Assembly (NCBI GenBank): GCA_964562815.1
Contig: CAZLUX010000004.1
Location: forward strand, 1 to 43,024
Origin: an uncultured Enterobacteriaceae bacterium
GTDB lineage: Bacteria > Pseudomonadota > Gammaproteobacteria > Burkholderiales > SG8-39
DNA: 43,024 nucleotides
Direction: 5' to 3'
The notes below the pieces were generated by a model. It saw only the letters and a list, made by a program, of their open reading frames with translations, was not told the origin of the DNA and did not search any database. Position 1 is the stretch's first letter; each line of letters starts with the position of its first letter. A program made the translations under genes and the position numbers. Of the stretch, positions 18,230-29,012 are shown piece after piece.

Positions 18230-19320
18230 CAATGTCCTCCGGTTGCGCGGTTGATCGCTGGCATGACTCTCTCCGCCATCAGCTCCATCGAGCGGCGCGC
18301 GAGCTTGGGATCGACCCAATCGACGCCGCAGTAGAGCAGGGTGCCGAAGTCGCCCGTGGTCTCCCGCAAGGCGAGCAGCTCGTCGGCGACCTTGTCGGGG
18401 GTGCCCGCGATCACCAGGCGGTCGAGCACGGTCTCGAGCGTCACCTGCTCGTCGGGGGTGTCCTTCGCGGGCTTGAACAGGTTGATGCGGCCGGCGCGTT
18501 TGAGCTTGAAGAAGAGCTGCTGGTAGTAGAACCGGTAGGGACTGCTCGCGCCGAAGCCGTATTCGCGCGCCGTGGCCGCGTCGTCGGCGACGAACACCGT
18601 CTTCGCCACGCGCCAGTTGGCCGGATCCGCCGCACGGCCGGCCGCGGCGCAGCCCTCGGCATACTTCGGCCAGTGCGACTTGACCCACTGCGGCAGAAGG
18701 AAGTTGGCCGAGATCGGGTCCCAGCCGCGCTTGGCGGCCTCGGTGACGCCCTTCGAGAAGGGCTCGACCGCCGTGACCACGATCGGGGGGTAGGGCTTCT
18801 GGTAGGGCTTGGGGATGATGCCCTGGCCGATGTCCGGGATCATCGTCTTCTCGGTGGAGACGTTCCAGAAGCGGCCTTTGAGATTGTAGGGCGGCTCCCC
18901 GGTCCAGATGGCGATCATGTGGTCGATGCACTCGACGAACATGGCGGTGCGGTCCGCGCCCATGTTGCCGAACACCTCCCAGTCGGAGGGCAAGCCGCCG
19001 GGGCTAATGCCGACGATGAAGCGGCCCTCCAGCATGTTGTCGAGCATCGATACGGTGGCGGCGAGCTGCGCCGGATGGCCGTTGGGCAGGTTGAGGGTGC
19101 CGGTGCCGAGCCTGATCCGGCGCGTGTCGTGGACCAGGCTGGCGAGGAAGGCCGCGCAGCTCGTGACCGATTCGGCGATGTCGGTGACGTGCTCACCGAC
19201 GTAAGCCTCGCAGTAGCCGAGCCGGTCGGCGAGCAGGATCGCCTCGCGGTCCTCCTTCAGGGTCTGGACGTAGCTGCGCTGCGGCGGATGCAGCGGCATG
19301 GTGAAATAGCCGAGTTTCAT
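18229..19320 (-). CDS. LLM-class (luciferase-like) flavin-dependent monooxygenase
   Basis: 363 aa. MKLGYFTMPLHPP...LGYCEAYVGEHV at the N-terminus is characteristic of LLM oxidoreductases. Length and TIM-barrel-type composition fit. Confidence 0.85.
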   Translation of the reverse strand: MKLGYFTMPLHPPQRSYVQTLKEDREAILLADRLGYCEAYVGEHVTDIAESVTSCAAFLASLVHDTRRIRLGTGTLNLPNGHPAQLAATVSMLDNMLEGRFIVGISPGGLPSDWEVFGNMGADRTAMFVECIDHMIAIWTGEPPYNLKGRFWNVSTEKTMIPDIGQGIIPKPYQKPYPPIVVTAVEPFSKGVTEAAKRGWDPISANFLLPQWVKSHWPKYAEGCAAAGRAADPANWRVAKTVFVADDAATAREYGFGASSPYRFYYQQLFFKLKRAGRINLFKPAKDTPDEQVTLETVLDRLVIAGTPDKVADELLALRETTGDFGTLLYCGVDWVDPKLARRSMELMAERVMPAINRATGGH

Positions 19321-19379
19321 CGCTTTGTCCGTCGCATGCTTGCGGCCCGCCGCTAATGATCAGGCGATAATCTACACGC

Positions 19380-20084
19380 ATGAGCACGAATCGCGCAAAG
19401 CCCCGACCGGCGCCGCGGCGGCTGCTGCCCGGCGAGCGTGAGAAGCTGATCGTCAAGGAGGCGATCCGCTTCTTCTCCGAGGTCGGCTTCTCGGGCCAGA
19501 CCCGGGAGCTGTCGCGGCGCCTGGGCATCACCCAGCCGCTGCTGTACCGCTACTTTCCGTCCAAGCGCGCGCTGCTCGAGCGCGTCTACCGCGAGGTGTT
19601 CCTCGGCCGCTGGGATCCGGCCTGGCGGACGCTGCTCGAGGACCGGTCGCTGCCGCTGCGCGCGCGCCTGATCGAGTTCTACCGCCGCTATACCGCGGTC
19701 GTCTTCCGTCCGGAATGGATCCGCCTCTACATGTATGCGGGACTGGCCGGGACCGGCTTCAACCGCCGCTACATCGACATGCTCGAAAAACAGCTGCTGC
19801 AGCGCATTTGCGCCGAGCTCCGGGTCGAGCTGGGACTTCCCGACGCCCGCCGCGCGCCGATCTCGCCGTTCGAGATGGAGCTCGCCTGGGACCTGCACGG
19901 CGGGATCTTCTATTATTGCGTGCGCAAGTTCATCTACCGCAGTCGGGTGCACGAGGACCTGCCGGCCCTGATCGAGCACGCCGTCGACAGCCTGCTGCTC
20001 GGCGCGCCGACGGTGCTCGACCGGCTGCTGGGCAGGACACGAACCGCCAAGGCAAAGGGAGGCAAGAGCCGTGACATACCGTGA
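19380..20084 (+). CDS. TetR/AcrR family transcriptional regulator
   Basis: 234 aa. The N-terminal HTH region REKLIVKEAIRFFSEVGFSGQTRELSRRLGITQPLLYRYFPSK is canonical TetR_N. Divergent from the LLM/deacetylase/Liv operon across a 59-nt spacer. Confidence 0.9.
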   Translation: MSTNRAKPRPAPRRLLPGEREKLIVKEAIRFFSEVGFSGQTRELSRRLGITQPLLYRYFPSKRALLERVYREVFLGRWDPAWRTLLEDRSLPLRARLIEFYRRYTAVVFRPEWIRLYMYAGLAGTGFNRRYIDMLEKQLLQRICAELRVELGLPDARRAPISPFEMELAWDLHGGIFYYCVRKFIYRSRVHEDLPALIEHAVDSLLLGAPTVLDRLLGRTRTAKAKGGKSRDIP

Positions 20085-20643
20085 AAAGCTGCGCCGCAGC
20101 CGCGTCTCGCGCAAGGACATGCTCAAGCGCGTGGCGCGCTTCGACAAGTTGAAGGGCTTCGACGGCGGGCTGCCCGACAGCCGCTACCCGGGGTGCGAGC
20201 GCATCCTCTACAACGTGATCGGTTTCCAGCCGCCCAGGTCCGAGGGCAAGGGCGGCGTCAGCTCGCCGGTCGGCGCGAAGGCGGCACGCATGGCGGCGAT
20301 CAAGATCTCCGAGGGCTTCAACCTCGGCTACTGCCGCGCGCTCCCCGGACACGGGCCGATGTTCCACAACCACGACACCAACGAGACCTTCATCGCCATG
20401 ACGGGAACCTGGCGCGCGAGCTGGGAGAACGAGAAGGGGCGGATCGAGCACGTCGACCTGAAGCCGCTCGACGTCATCTCGTTTCCGGCCGGGGTGTCGC
20501 GCCGCTTCATGAACGTCACGCGCGGCAGCAAGCGAAAGTATTCGGTGCTGATGTTCGTCATCGGCGGCAACGCGCCGCAGGCCGAATTCACCCGCGAGTC
20601 GATGCTCGAGCTCGCCGCCGGAGGCTACCTCAGGAAACGCTGA
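20071..20643 (+). CDS. Cupin domain-containing protein
   Basis: 190 aa. GTG start 9 nt after GGGAGG, overlapping the TetR stop by 14 nt. Contains the His cluster GPMFHNHDTNETFIAMTG and the second cupin motif region DVISFPAGVSRRF. Confidence 0.7.
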   Translation: MTYREKLRRSRVSRKDMLKRVARFDKLKGFDGGLPDSRYPGCERILYNVIGFQPPRSEGKGGVSSPVGAKAARMAAIKISEGFNLGYCRALPGHGPMFHNHDTNETFIAMTGTWRASWENEKGRIEHVDLKPLDVISFPAGVSRRFMNVTRGSKRKYSVLMFVIGGNAPQAEFTRESMLELAAGGYLRKR

Positions 20644-20684
20644 GCTTGCTGTAAAATCAAACACTTTTGTCCAGCGCGGGAATC

Positions 20685-23296
<2,612 letters not shown>

Positions 23297-23300
<4 letters not shown>

Positions 23301-23773
23301 CGCCGGCGCAGGCGCTCGCGGCCTCACCGCTGGCGGTAGCGCTGCGCGGCTCGAGCGCGCTGCACGCCGCCGTGGCGAGCGTGCACCTGGTCGGCGTGGC
23401 GCTGCTGGTGGGCTCGATCGCGGTGCTGGATCTGCGCCTGCTCGGCCTGTCGCGCAGGCTTTCCGTGCGGCGCCTGGCGGCGCACCTGCTGCCGTGGAGT
23501 GCGGCGAGCTTCCTTCTGATCGTCCCGAGCGGCCTGCTGATGTTCCTCGCGCGCGCCGAGGAGCTGATCGGCAGCCCGCTGTTCGCGCTCAAGATGACGC
23601 TGATCGCCGCCGCCGGGATCAACGCGGCCGTGTTTCACGCCGCGGTGTTCCGCGGCGCCTCCGATTGGGACGTGGACGTGGCGCCGCCCTGGCAGGCGCG
23701 CGCGGCCGCGGCGCTCTCGCTCGCGATATGGGTCAGCGTGATCGTCTGCGGACGGATGCTGGCGAAAGCCTAG
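23297..23773 (+). CDS. Hypothetical small integral membrane protein (4 predicted helices)
   Basis: GTG at 23297 overlaps the alaS stop (GTGA). The product ([50 protein letters not shown]...) is hydrophobic with codon bias like its neighbours. I do not recognise the family. Confidence 0.55.
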
Positions 23774-23779
23774 CGCCGT

Positions 23780-24748
23780 CTAGAAACCGATCCTCGATTT
23801 CTTCACGCCGCGCCCGTCCTGGATGTCGTCCGGGTTCACCTCGTCGCGGCCGGCGAGCTTGGCGTTGCCGAAGCCAAGCTGCACGGCGCGCCGCATCTCG
23901 CGCGGCGTGAGCACCGCGAGCTTCTCGAGCACGGTCTGCGACGGCGTCTCGGGGAACTTCCGGCCCCAGTCGTGGGCGCAACGGATCTCGCGGTAGATCG
24001 CGAGCGCGATTCGCGCGGCGCCCGCCGCATCGGGCGGCTCGATTTCGTAGACGTTCATCCGGTTGAGAATCGGCTCCGGAATGCGGGCCGGATCGTTCGC
24101 GGTCGCGAACCACACCGCCCCGGACGCGTCGATCGGGATCTCGACGAACTCGTCGACGAACTGCGTCGCGGTGTGGGCTTCGAGCAGGGCGTAGAGGGCG
24201 CCGAGCGGATCGTACTGGCCGCCGTCGGCCGCCTTGTCGATCTCGTCGACGACCATGACCGGGTTGGCGTACTCGCCGTGCAGGAAGGTGTCGAACACCT
24301 TGCCCGGCTTGGCGTTCTTCCACTGCGAGGAGGCGCCCGACAGGATCCAGCCCGCCGTGAGCGAGCTCATCGGCACGAAGCCGAAGCCGGTGCCGAGCAG
24401 CGCGGCGACGCGCTTGGCGAAGTGCGTCTTGCCGATGCCCGGCTCGCCCAGCAGCAGCGTCGGCGGCAGCTCGACGGAGTCCTCCGAGTCGATGCACAAG
24501 GCGAGGTGCTTACGGATGTCCTCGAGCACCTCGCCGAAGTTGGGCAGCTCGTCGAACAGCCCGTCCATCTGCGGCATCGACGAAGGCTTGACGGTGAAGC
24601 GCTGGCCGCCCATGCGCAGCATCTTCTCGTACAGCGTGCGCAGCCCTTCGTTGGCCGAAGGGGTGAGCTCCTGCAGGGCCTTGTCGACGTCCGCGACGCT
24701 GTAGACGTCCTTGAAGCCCGCGACCGGAATGGCGACGTTTGCCGACAT
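23780..24748 (-). CDS. AAA+ family ATPase (stand-alone, Lon-like AAA module without a protease domain)
   Basis: ATG at 24746-24748 preceded by AGGAGG. Walker A LLLGEPGIGKTH, Walker B PVMVVDEIDK, sensor region FATAN and Arg-finger region ILNRM. About 322 aa. Confidence 0.85.
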   Translation of the reverse strand: MSANVAIPVAGFKDVYSVADVDKALQELTPSANEGLRTLYEKMLRMGGQRFTVKPSSMPQMDGLFDELPNFGEVLEDIRKHLALCIDSEDSVELPPTLLLGEPGIGKTHFAKRVAALLGTGFGFVPMSSLTAGWILSGASSQWKNAKPGKVFDTFLHGEYANPVMVVDEIDKAADGGQYDPLGALYALLEAHTATQFVDEFVEIPIDASGAVWFATANDPARIPEPILNRMNVYEIEPPDAAGAARIALAIYREIRCAHDWGRKFPETPSQTVLEKLAVLTPREMRRAVQLGFGNAKLAGRDEVNPDDIQDGRGVKKSRIGF

Positions 24749-24897
24749 TGTTCTACCTCCTCGGTTTTCGGCGGCATGCCCGCGCGAAAAACGTAACATG
24801 ACGCTCGAAGCCTAAGCAATACTCGGGCCATACCTTGGCAGCCGATTGCCGCGAGTGCTGATGGCCGACACGCTCGTCGTGTAGAGTCGGAATTGCC

Positions 24898-25371
24898 ATG
24901 GAAGGCCCATCGACATCTTCGCGCCCGGACTTGAGCGCGCAAGCGTTCAACCGGCGCGGTGCGGGGCACCTGCCCGGATTGGTCGGGCTGGAGATCATTT
25001 CGGTCACCTCGGAGGCAATCGAGAGCCGCCTCCCCGTGCGCCCGGAGCTGCTCGCGCCGAACGGCTACCTGCACGCGGCCTCGGTCATCGCGCTCGCCGA
25101 CACGAGCTGCGGCTACGGCTGTGTCGTCAATTTGCCGCAAGGCGCGCGCGGGTTCACCACCATCGAGCTGAAGACGAATTTTCTCGGTACCGCGCTCGAA
25201 GGCGCGCTGCGCTGCCGTGCGGTCCCGGTCCACCTCGGGCGAACGACCCAGGTCTGGGACGCGAACGTGACCGTCGAAGGCAGCGGCAAGGGCATTGCCC
25301 TGTTCCGCTGCACCCAGATGGTACTGTGGCCGAAGGAAGGCGCCAAAGTTGCCAAACAGCGCCCCGCGTGA
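24898..25371 (+). CDS. PaaI-family hotdog-fold thioesterase
   Basis: 157 aa. NGYLHAASVIALADTSCGYG and ELKTNFLG...HLGRTTQVWD match the PaaI / uncharacterised-domain-1 thioesterase pattern. Confidence 0.85.
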   Translation: MEGPSTSSRPDLSAQAFNRRGAGHLPGLVGLEIISVTSEAIESRLPVRPELLAPNGYLHAASVIALADTSCGYGCVVNLPQGARGFTTIELKTNFLGTALEGALRCRAVPVHLGRTTQVWDANVTVEGSGKGIALFRCTQMVLWPKEGAKVAKQRPA

Positions 25372-25396
25372 TTCAATCCCCCTTGAGGTCGATGCG

Positions 25397-25462
25397 ATGA
25401 AACGCTGGTTTTACGGCTTTTTCTTCTTTTTCCCGCGCCCGCTGGCGGAAGGGAACGGCTAG
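25397..25462 (+). CDS. Candidate aromatic-amino-acid leader peptide (21 aa, MKRWFYGFFFFFPRPLAEGNG) upstream of the DAHP synthase gene
   Basis: ATG at 25397 follows GAGG at 25385-25388; stop TAG at 25460-25462. Eight of 21 codons are aromatic: 6 Phe, 1 Trp and 1 Tyr. Five Phe codons run consecutively at 25418-25432. An alternative-pairing terminator follows. Not in the supplied ORF track because it is too short. Confidence 0.6.
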   Translation: MKRWFYGFFFFFPRPLAEGNG

Positions 25463-25482
25463 CCGCATCCCGACAGATCCCG

Positions 25483-25519
25483 AAAAACCGCCAGTGCCCC
25501 AAAGCCTGGCGGTTTTTTT
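25483..25519 (+). terminator. Rho-independent terminator / attenuator hairpin (A-tract, 7-12 bp stem, U-tract)
   Basis: AAAAACCGCCAG (25483-25494), 11-nt loop, CTGGCGGTTTTTTT (25506-25519). Core stem is CCGCCAG/CTGGCGG, extendable by A:U pairs. Lies 25 nt before the aroG-type ATG. A third copy of CTGGCGG at 25442-25448 can compete for the 5' arm. Confidence 0.75.
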
Positions 25520-25544
25520 ATGCCCACCACCCAAGACCCCTGCC

Positions 25545-26681
25545 ATGACGACGCCCGCTGACAGCTTCCCGACCCATTCGCCGCTCGACAAGACCTCGCT
25601 CACCGACGATGAGCGGATCGAGAACATCGTACCGCTGCCGCCGCCGGAGCACCTGATCCGCTTCTTTCCGATCCAGGGCACGCCGGTCGAGACGCTCATC
25701 GACGACACGCGGCGCCGGGTGCGCGACATCCTGCACGGGCGCTCGGACCGGCTGCTGGTGGTGATCGGCCCTTGCTCGATCCACGACCCCACTGCGGCGC
25801 TCGCCTATGCCGAGCGCCTCGCCGCCGAGCGGGCCCGCTTCGCCGGCGAGCTCGAGGTGCTGATGCGGGTGTACTTCGAGAAGCCGCGCACCACCGTGGG
25901 CTGGAAGGGGCTGATCAACGATCCCTACCTGAACGGCAGTTTCCGCATCAACGAGGGGCTGCGCATCGCGCGCGACCTGCTGGTGCGGATCAACCAGGCC
26001 GGCGTGCCGGCCGGCTGCGAGTTCCTCGACGTGATTTCGCCCCAGTACATCGGCGATCTGGTGTCGTGGGGCGCGATCGGCGCCCGCACGACCGAATCCC
26101 AGGTGCACCGCGAGCTCGCCTCGGGCCTTTCGGCGGCGGTCGGCTTCAAGAACGGGACCGACGGCAATGTGCGCATCGCGGTGGACGCCATCCTTGCCGC
26201 CCGGCAGAGGCACCACTTCCTCTCGGTGCACAAGAGCGGACAGGTGTCGATCGTCGAGACGCGCGGCAACGACGACTGCCACATCATCCTGCGCGGCGGC
26301 CGGCAGCCGAACTACGATGTGGCCAGCGTCAAGACCGCCTGCGACGAGCTGCGCAATGCGGGGCTCACCGAGCGCCTGATGATCGACTGCTCGCACGCCA
26401 ACAGCCGCAAGGATTACCGGCGCCAGCGCGAGGTCTGCGGCGAGATCGGTGCCCAGATCGCGGCCGGCGACGGCCGTATCCTGGGCGTCATGATCGAGTC
26501 GAATCTCGTCGAGGGACGCCAGGACCTCAAGCCGGGGCGCGCGCTGACCTTCGGCCAGAGCATCACCGACGGCTGCCTGGGGTGGGAAACGTCGGTGTCC
26601 CTGCTCGAGCGCCTCGCGCAGGCGGTTGCCGCGCGCCGCGAGGTGGCCGCGGTGGGCGATACGACCGCGGCCGGGGACTGA
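25545..26681 (+). CDS. aroG: 3-deoxy-7-phosphoheptulonate (DAHP) synthase, class I-alpha
   Basis: Near-colinear similarity to E. coli AroG as I recall it: DRLLVVIGPCSIHDP, VYFEKPRTTVGWKGLINDP, WGAIGARTTESQVHRELASGLS, GFKNGTDG, CHIILRGG, DCSHANS. Isozyme specificity (Phe/Tyr/Trp) is not determinable from the sequence. The symbol denotes the family. Confidence 0.93.
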   Translation: MTTPADSFPTHSPLDKTSLTDDERIENIVPLPPPEHLIRFFPIQGTPVETLIDDTRRRVRDILHGRSDRLLVVIGPCSIHDPTAALAYAERLAAERARFAGELEVLMRVYFEKPRTTVGWKGLINDPYLNGSFRINEGLRIARDLLVRINQAGVPAGCEFLDVISPQYIGDLVSWGAIGARTTESQVHRELASGLSAAVGFKNGTDGNVRIAVDAILAARQRHHFLSVHKSGQVSIVETRGNDDCHIILRGGRQPNYDVASVKTACDELRNAGLTERLMIDCSHANSRKDYRRQREVCGEIGAQIAAGDGRILGVMIESNLVEGRQDLKPGRALTFGQSITDGCLGWETSVSLLERLAQAVAARREVAAVGDTTAAGD

Positions 26682-26729
26682 GCCCTGGACGCGCTCTCGC
26701 CCGAGCTGATCGGCGCCGCCGCGCTGGTC

Positions 26730-27431
26730 GTGCTCGGCGCCTATGTCGTGTACGGGATGACGGGGTTCGGCTCGACCGTGCTCTCGATGCCGCTGCTCGC
26801 GCAGTTGCTGCCGCTCAAGTTCGCCGTCCCGCTGATGCTCTTGCTCGATCTCGGGGCGTTCGCGCTCTTCGGCGCGCGCTTCCGGCGCGGCATCCGCTAC
26901 GACGAGATCCGCTGGCTCGCGGCGTTCATGCTTGCGGGCATCGCGATCGGGCTGACGCTGCTGATCCGCGTCTCCGAGCAGCGCCTGCTCGCGGGACTGG
27001 GCCTTTTCGTGCTTGCGTACGCGGCCTACGGCCTGCAGCGGCGCGGCGCGCCGCTCTCGCTTGCACGCGCATGGAGCGCACCGATCGGGATCACCGGCGG
27101 GGCGCTGTCGGCCATGTTCGGCACCGGCGGCGTGCTGTTCGCGATCTTCAACAGCGGACGCATCCGCGACAAAGGCGAGCTGCGGGCGACCAACGCGGCG
27201 ATGATCATGGCGTCCTCGATCGTGCGGGTAGTGCTCTTCGGAGCCGCCGGTCTGCTGTCGCAGAGCGGGCTGATCGTGACCGCGCTCTGGCTCGCGCCGG
27301 CGATGATCGCCGGCCTCTTGATCGGCAACAGGCTGCACGCCGCGGTTCCGACCGGTGCCGTGGTGCGCGTGGTCTATCTGCTGCTGGCGGTGGCGGGCGT
27401 GTCGCTGCTGATTCGCGCGGCCTCGTCCTGA
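26730..27431 (+). CDS. TauE/SafE family sulfite-exporter-like membrane protein (start may lie upstream)
   Basis: 233 aa polytopic. GAYVVYGMTGFGSTVLSMPLL and a second repeat (TGGALSAMFGTGGVLF) are the duplicated TauE motifs. The frame is open back to 26682 (ALDALSPELIGAAALVV) with only a CTG available. Confidence 0.8.
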   Translation: MLGAYVVYGMTGFGSTVLSMPLLAQLLPLKFAVPLMLLLDLGAFALFGARFRRGIRYDEIRWLAAFMLAGIAIGLTLLIRVSEQRLLAGLGLFVLAYAAYGLQRRGAPLSLARAWSAPIGITGGALSAMFGTGGVLFAIFNSGRIRDKGELRATNAAMIMASSIVRVVLFGAAGLLSQSGLIVTALWLAPAMIAGLLIGNRLHAAVPTGAVVRVVYLLLAVAGVSLLIRAASS

Positions 27432-27441
27432 CGGTCGCGCG

Positions 27442-27464
27442 GCGGCGACTATAATCGCCGCTTT
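27442..27464 (+). terminator. Short GC hairpin with a weak T-tract after the TauE-like gene (possible weak terminator; its loop contains TATAAT)
   Basis: GCGGCGA (27442-27448), CTATAA, TCGCCGC (27455-27461), then TTT. TATAAT spans 27450-27455, about 28 nt before the TTG start of the GT39 gene. Confidence 0.3.
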
Positions 27465-27482
27465 GCGCGCGTACGGCCGATT

Positions 27483-29012
27483 TTGATTCGAATCTCCACC
27501 CGACGCTGGCTCGCAATCGCGCTCGTCGCTACGCTGGCGTTCCGCTTCTGGCTCTCGGCGGTCCTTCCCATGACCGGCGACGAAGCCTACTTCGTGCTGT
27601 GGGGCCGTCATCCGGACCTGGGCTTCTACGACCACCCGCCGATGGTCGGCTGGCTGCTCGCGCTGATCCTGCACTGGTCCGACACCGAGTGGGCGTTGCG
27701 CCTGCCGGTGACCCTGCTGCCGCCGGCGCTTGCGCTCGTGCTGCGCGCTGCGCTGCGCGGCTGGTTCGGCCGCGACGAGGACACCGCCAACCTGGCTGCG
27801 CTGTGCGTGCTGCTGGTGCCGCTGAACTTCATCAATGTCCTGATCACGACGGACACGCCGCTGATCTTTTTCTCGACGCTGTCGGTGCTGTTCTTCGCGC
27901 GCGCGGCGCAGCGCGGCTCGGCCGGCGTTTTTCTCGCTTCGGGCGTGTTCCTGGGGCTCGCATTCCTGTCCAAATATTTCGCCGTGCTTCTCGGCCTGGG
28001 CTACTTCGCCTGGGCGCTGGCCTCGCCCGGCGCGAGGCGCCGCTGGACGGGGCCGCTGCTCGTCTTCGTCGGTGCGCTGCCATTCGCGCTCGAGAACCTG
28101 TACTGGAACTACGAGGCCTGCTGGTGCAACCTGATGTTCAACGCGGTCAACCGGCAGTCGGACGCCGCCTGGTCGCTGTTGACGCCGGCGCTCTACCTTC
28201 TCTCGCTTGCCTACCTCGCGGCGCCGCTGCTGTTCTGGGCGTGGAAAGAGCGCGCGCAGCTGCGCGCGAGCGCGGCGTCGCCGGAGGCTCGCGCGCTGCT
28301 GCTGGCCTGGGCCGTTCCGTTCGCGGTATTCGCGCTGGTGTCGCTGCGCAAGGAAATCGGCCTGCACTGGATGCTTTCGTTCATGCCGGCGCTGATCGCG
28401 AGCCTGGCGCTGCTGCCGGGGCGCAGGCCGCTTGCCTCGAGCGCGCGCTTTTTTGCGTGGTTCGTCGCCCTGCACGCGCTCGCGATCGTGACCATCGCGA
28501 ATCTGCCGATGCAGACATGGAAGGGCTGGACGCGCATGTATCCGCGCATCGTCGCGTTCGTGGACACGCGCGGCGTGCTGAAGAGAGTCGAACCGTACTT
28601 CGGGCGCTACCGGCTCGCCGCGAGCAGCTACGCGGCCGCGGCCAGCTACGAGTACTACGCGGGCCGGCGGGTGATCGTGTTCGGCCCCGGCTCGTCGCAC
28701 GCGCGCCACGACGACATCCTGACCGACTTTCGCAAGCTCGACGGGGCCGACATCCTGGTGCTGCGGCCCTCGCCGCCGCCCGAGGGAGAATACCGGCCGT
28801 ACTTCCGCAGCATGCGGGTGCAAACGTTCGAGGTCCGGGGCGTCACGTTCTACGCGGTGCTCGGCCAGGGCTTCGACTATCGCGCCTACCACGACCGCGT
28901 CCTGACGTTCGTGCGCGATCACTACTACCGCCGGCCGTGGTGGCTGCCGCCGGGCCGCTGCTACTTCTGCGAGCGCTACTTCGGCAGCGGCGACTGCGGC
29001 TGGAGGCACTGA
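27483..29012 (+). CDS. Glycosyltransferase family 39 (GT-C fold, PMT_2 / ArnT-like) membrane protein
   Basis: 509 aa with a TTG start. N-terminal loop motif TGDEAYFVLWGRHPDLGFYDHPPMVGWLL is the catalytic DE-containing first periplasmic loop of ArnT/PMT-type enzymes. About 10 helices are followed by a soluble C-terminal domain of roughly 140 aa. Confidence 0.85.
   Translation: MIRISTRRWLAIALVATLAFRFWLSAVLPMTGDEAYFVLWGRHPDLGFYDHPPMVGWLLALILHWSDTEWALRLPVTLLPPALALVLRAALRGWFGRDEDTANLAALCVLLVPLNFINVLITTDTPLIFFSTLSVLFFARAAQRGSAGVFLASGVFLGLAFLSKYFAVLLGLGYFAWALASPGARRRWTGPLLVFVGALPFALENLYWNYEACWCNLMFNAVNRQSDAAWSLLTPALYLLSLAYLAAPLLFWAWKERAQLRASAASPEARALLLAWAVPFAVFALVSLRKEIGLHWMLSFMPALIASLALLPGRRPLASSARFFAWFVALHALAIVTIANLPMQTWKGWTRMYPRIVAFVDTRGVLKRVEPYFGRYRLAASSYAAAASYEYYAGRRVIVFGPGSSHARHDDILTDFRKLDGADILVLRPSPPPEGEYRPYFRSMRVQTFEVRGVTFYAVLGQGFDYRAYHDRVLTFVRDHYYRRPWWLPPGRCYFCERYFGSGDCGWRH

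Noticed and set aside
16034-18334. A 766-aa plus-strand ORF opposite the binding protein and deacetylase genes. The 390-aa ORF 18184..19356 opposite the LLM gene was considered too.
   Set aside because: Both are antisense shadows of well-supported minus-strand genes. Neither has motifs or a plausible RBS.
19321-19379. A candidate TetR operator palindrome in the divergent LLM/TetR intergenic region.
   Set aside because: I could find only weak, imperfect inverted repeats (around TAATGATCA...GATAATC). That is not enough to call a site.
24836-24850. A sigma-54-like element, TGGCAGCCGATTGC, upstream of the thioesterase gene.
   Set aside because: The GG and GC dinucleotides are separated by 9 nt instead of the canonical 10. 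No enhancer-binding protein gene is adjacent. It is probably a chance match.
25373-25792. A 139-aa minus-strand ORF covering the aroG leader region.
   Set aside because: It crosses the terminator hairpin and the 5' part of the DAHP synthase gene in antisense. It has no RBS and no family resemblance. The region is better explained by the leader peptide and attenuator.
27476-27500. A TTCGAATC string resembling a tRNA T-loop at the start of the GT39 gene.
   Set aside because: No acceptor, D or anticodon arms can be built around it. It lies within or at the start of a well-supported CDS.
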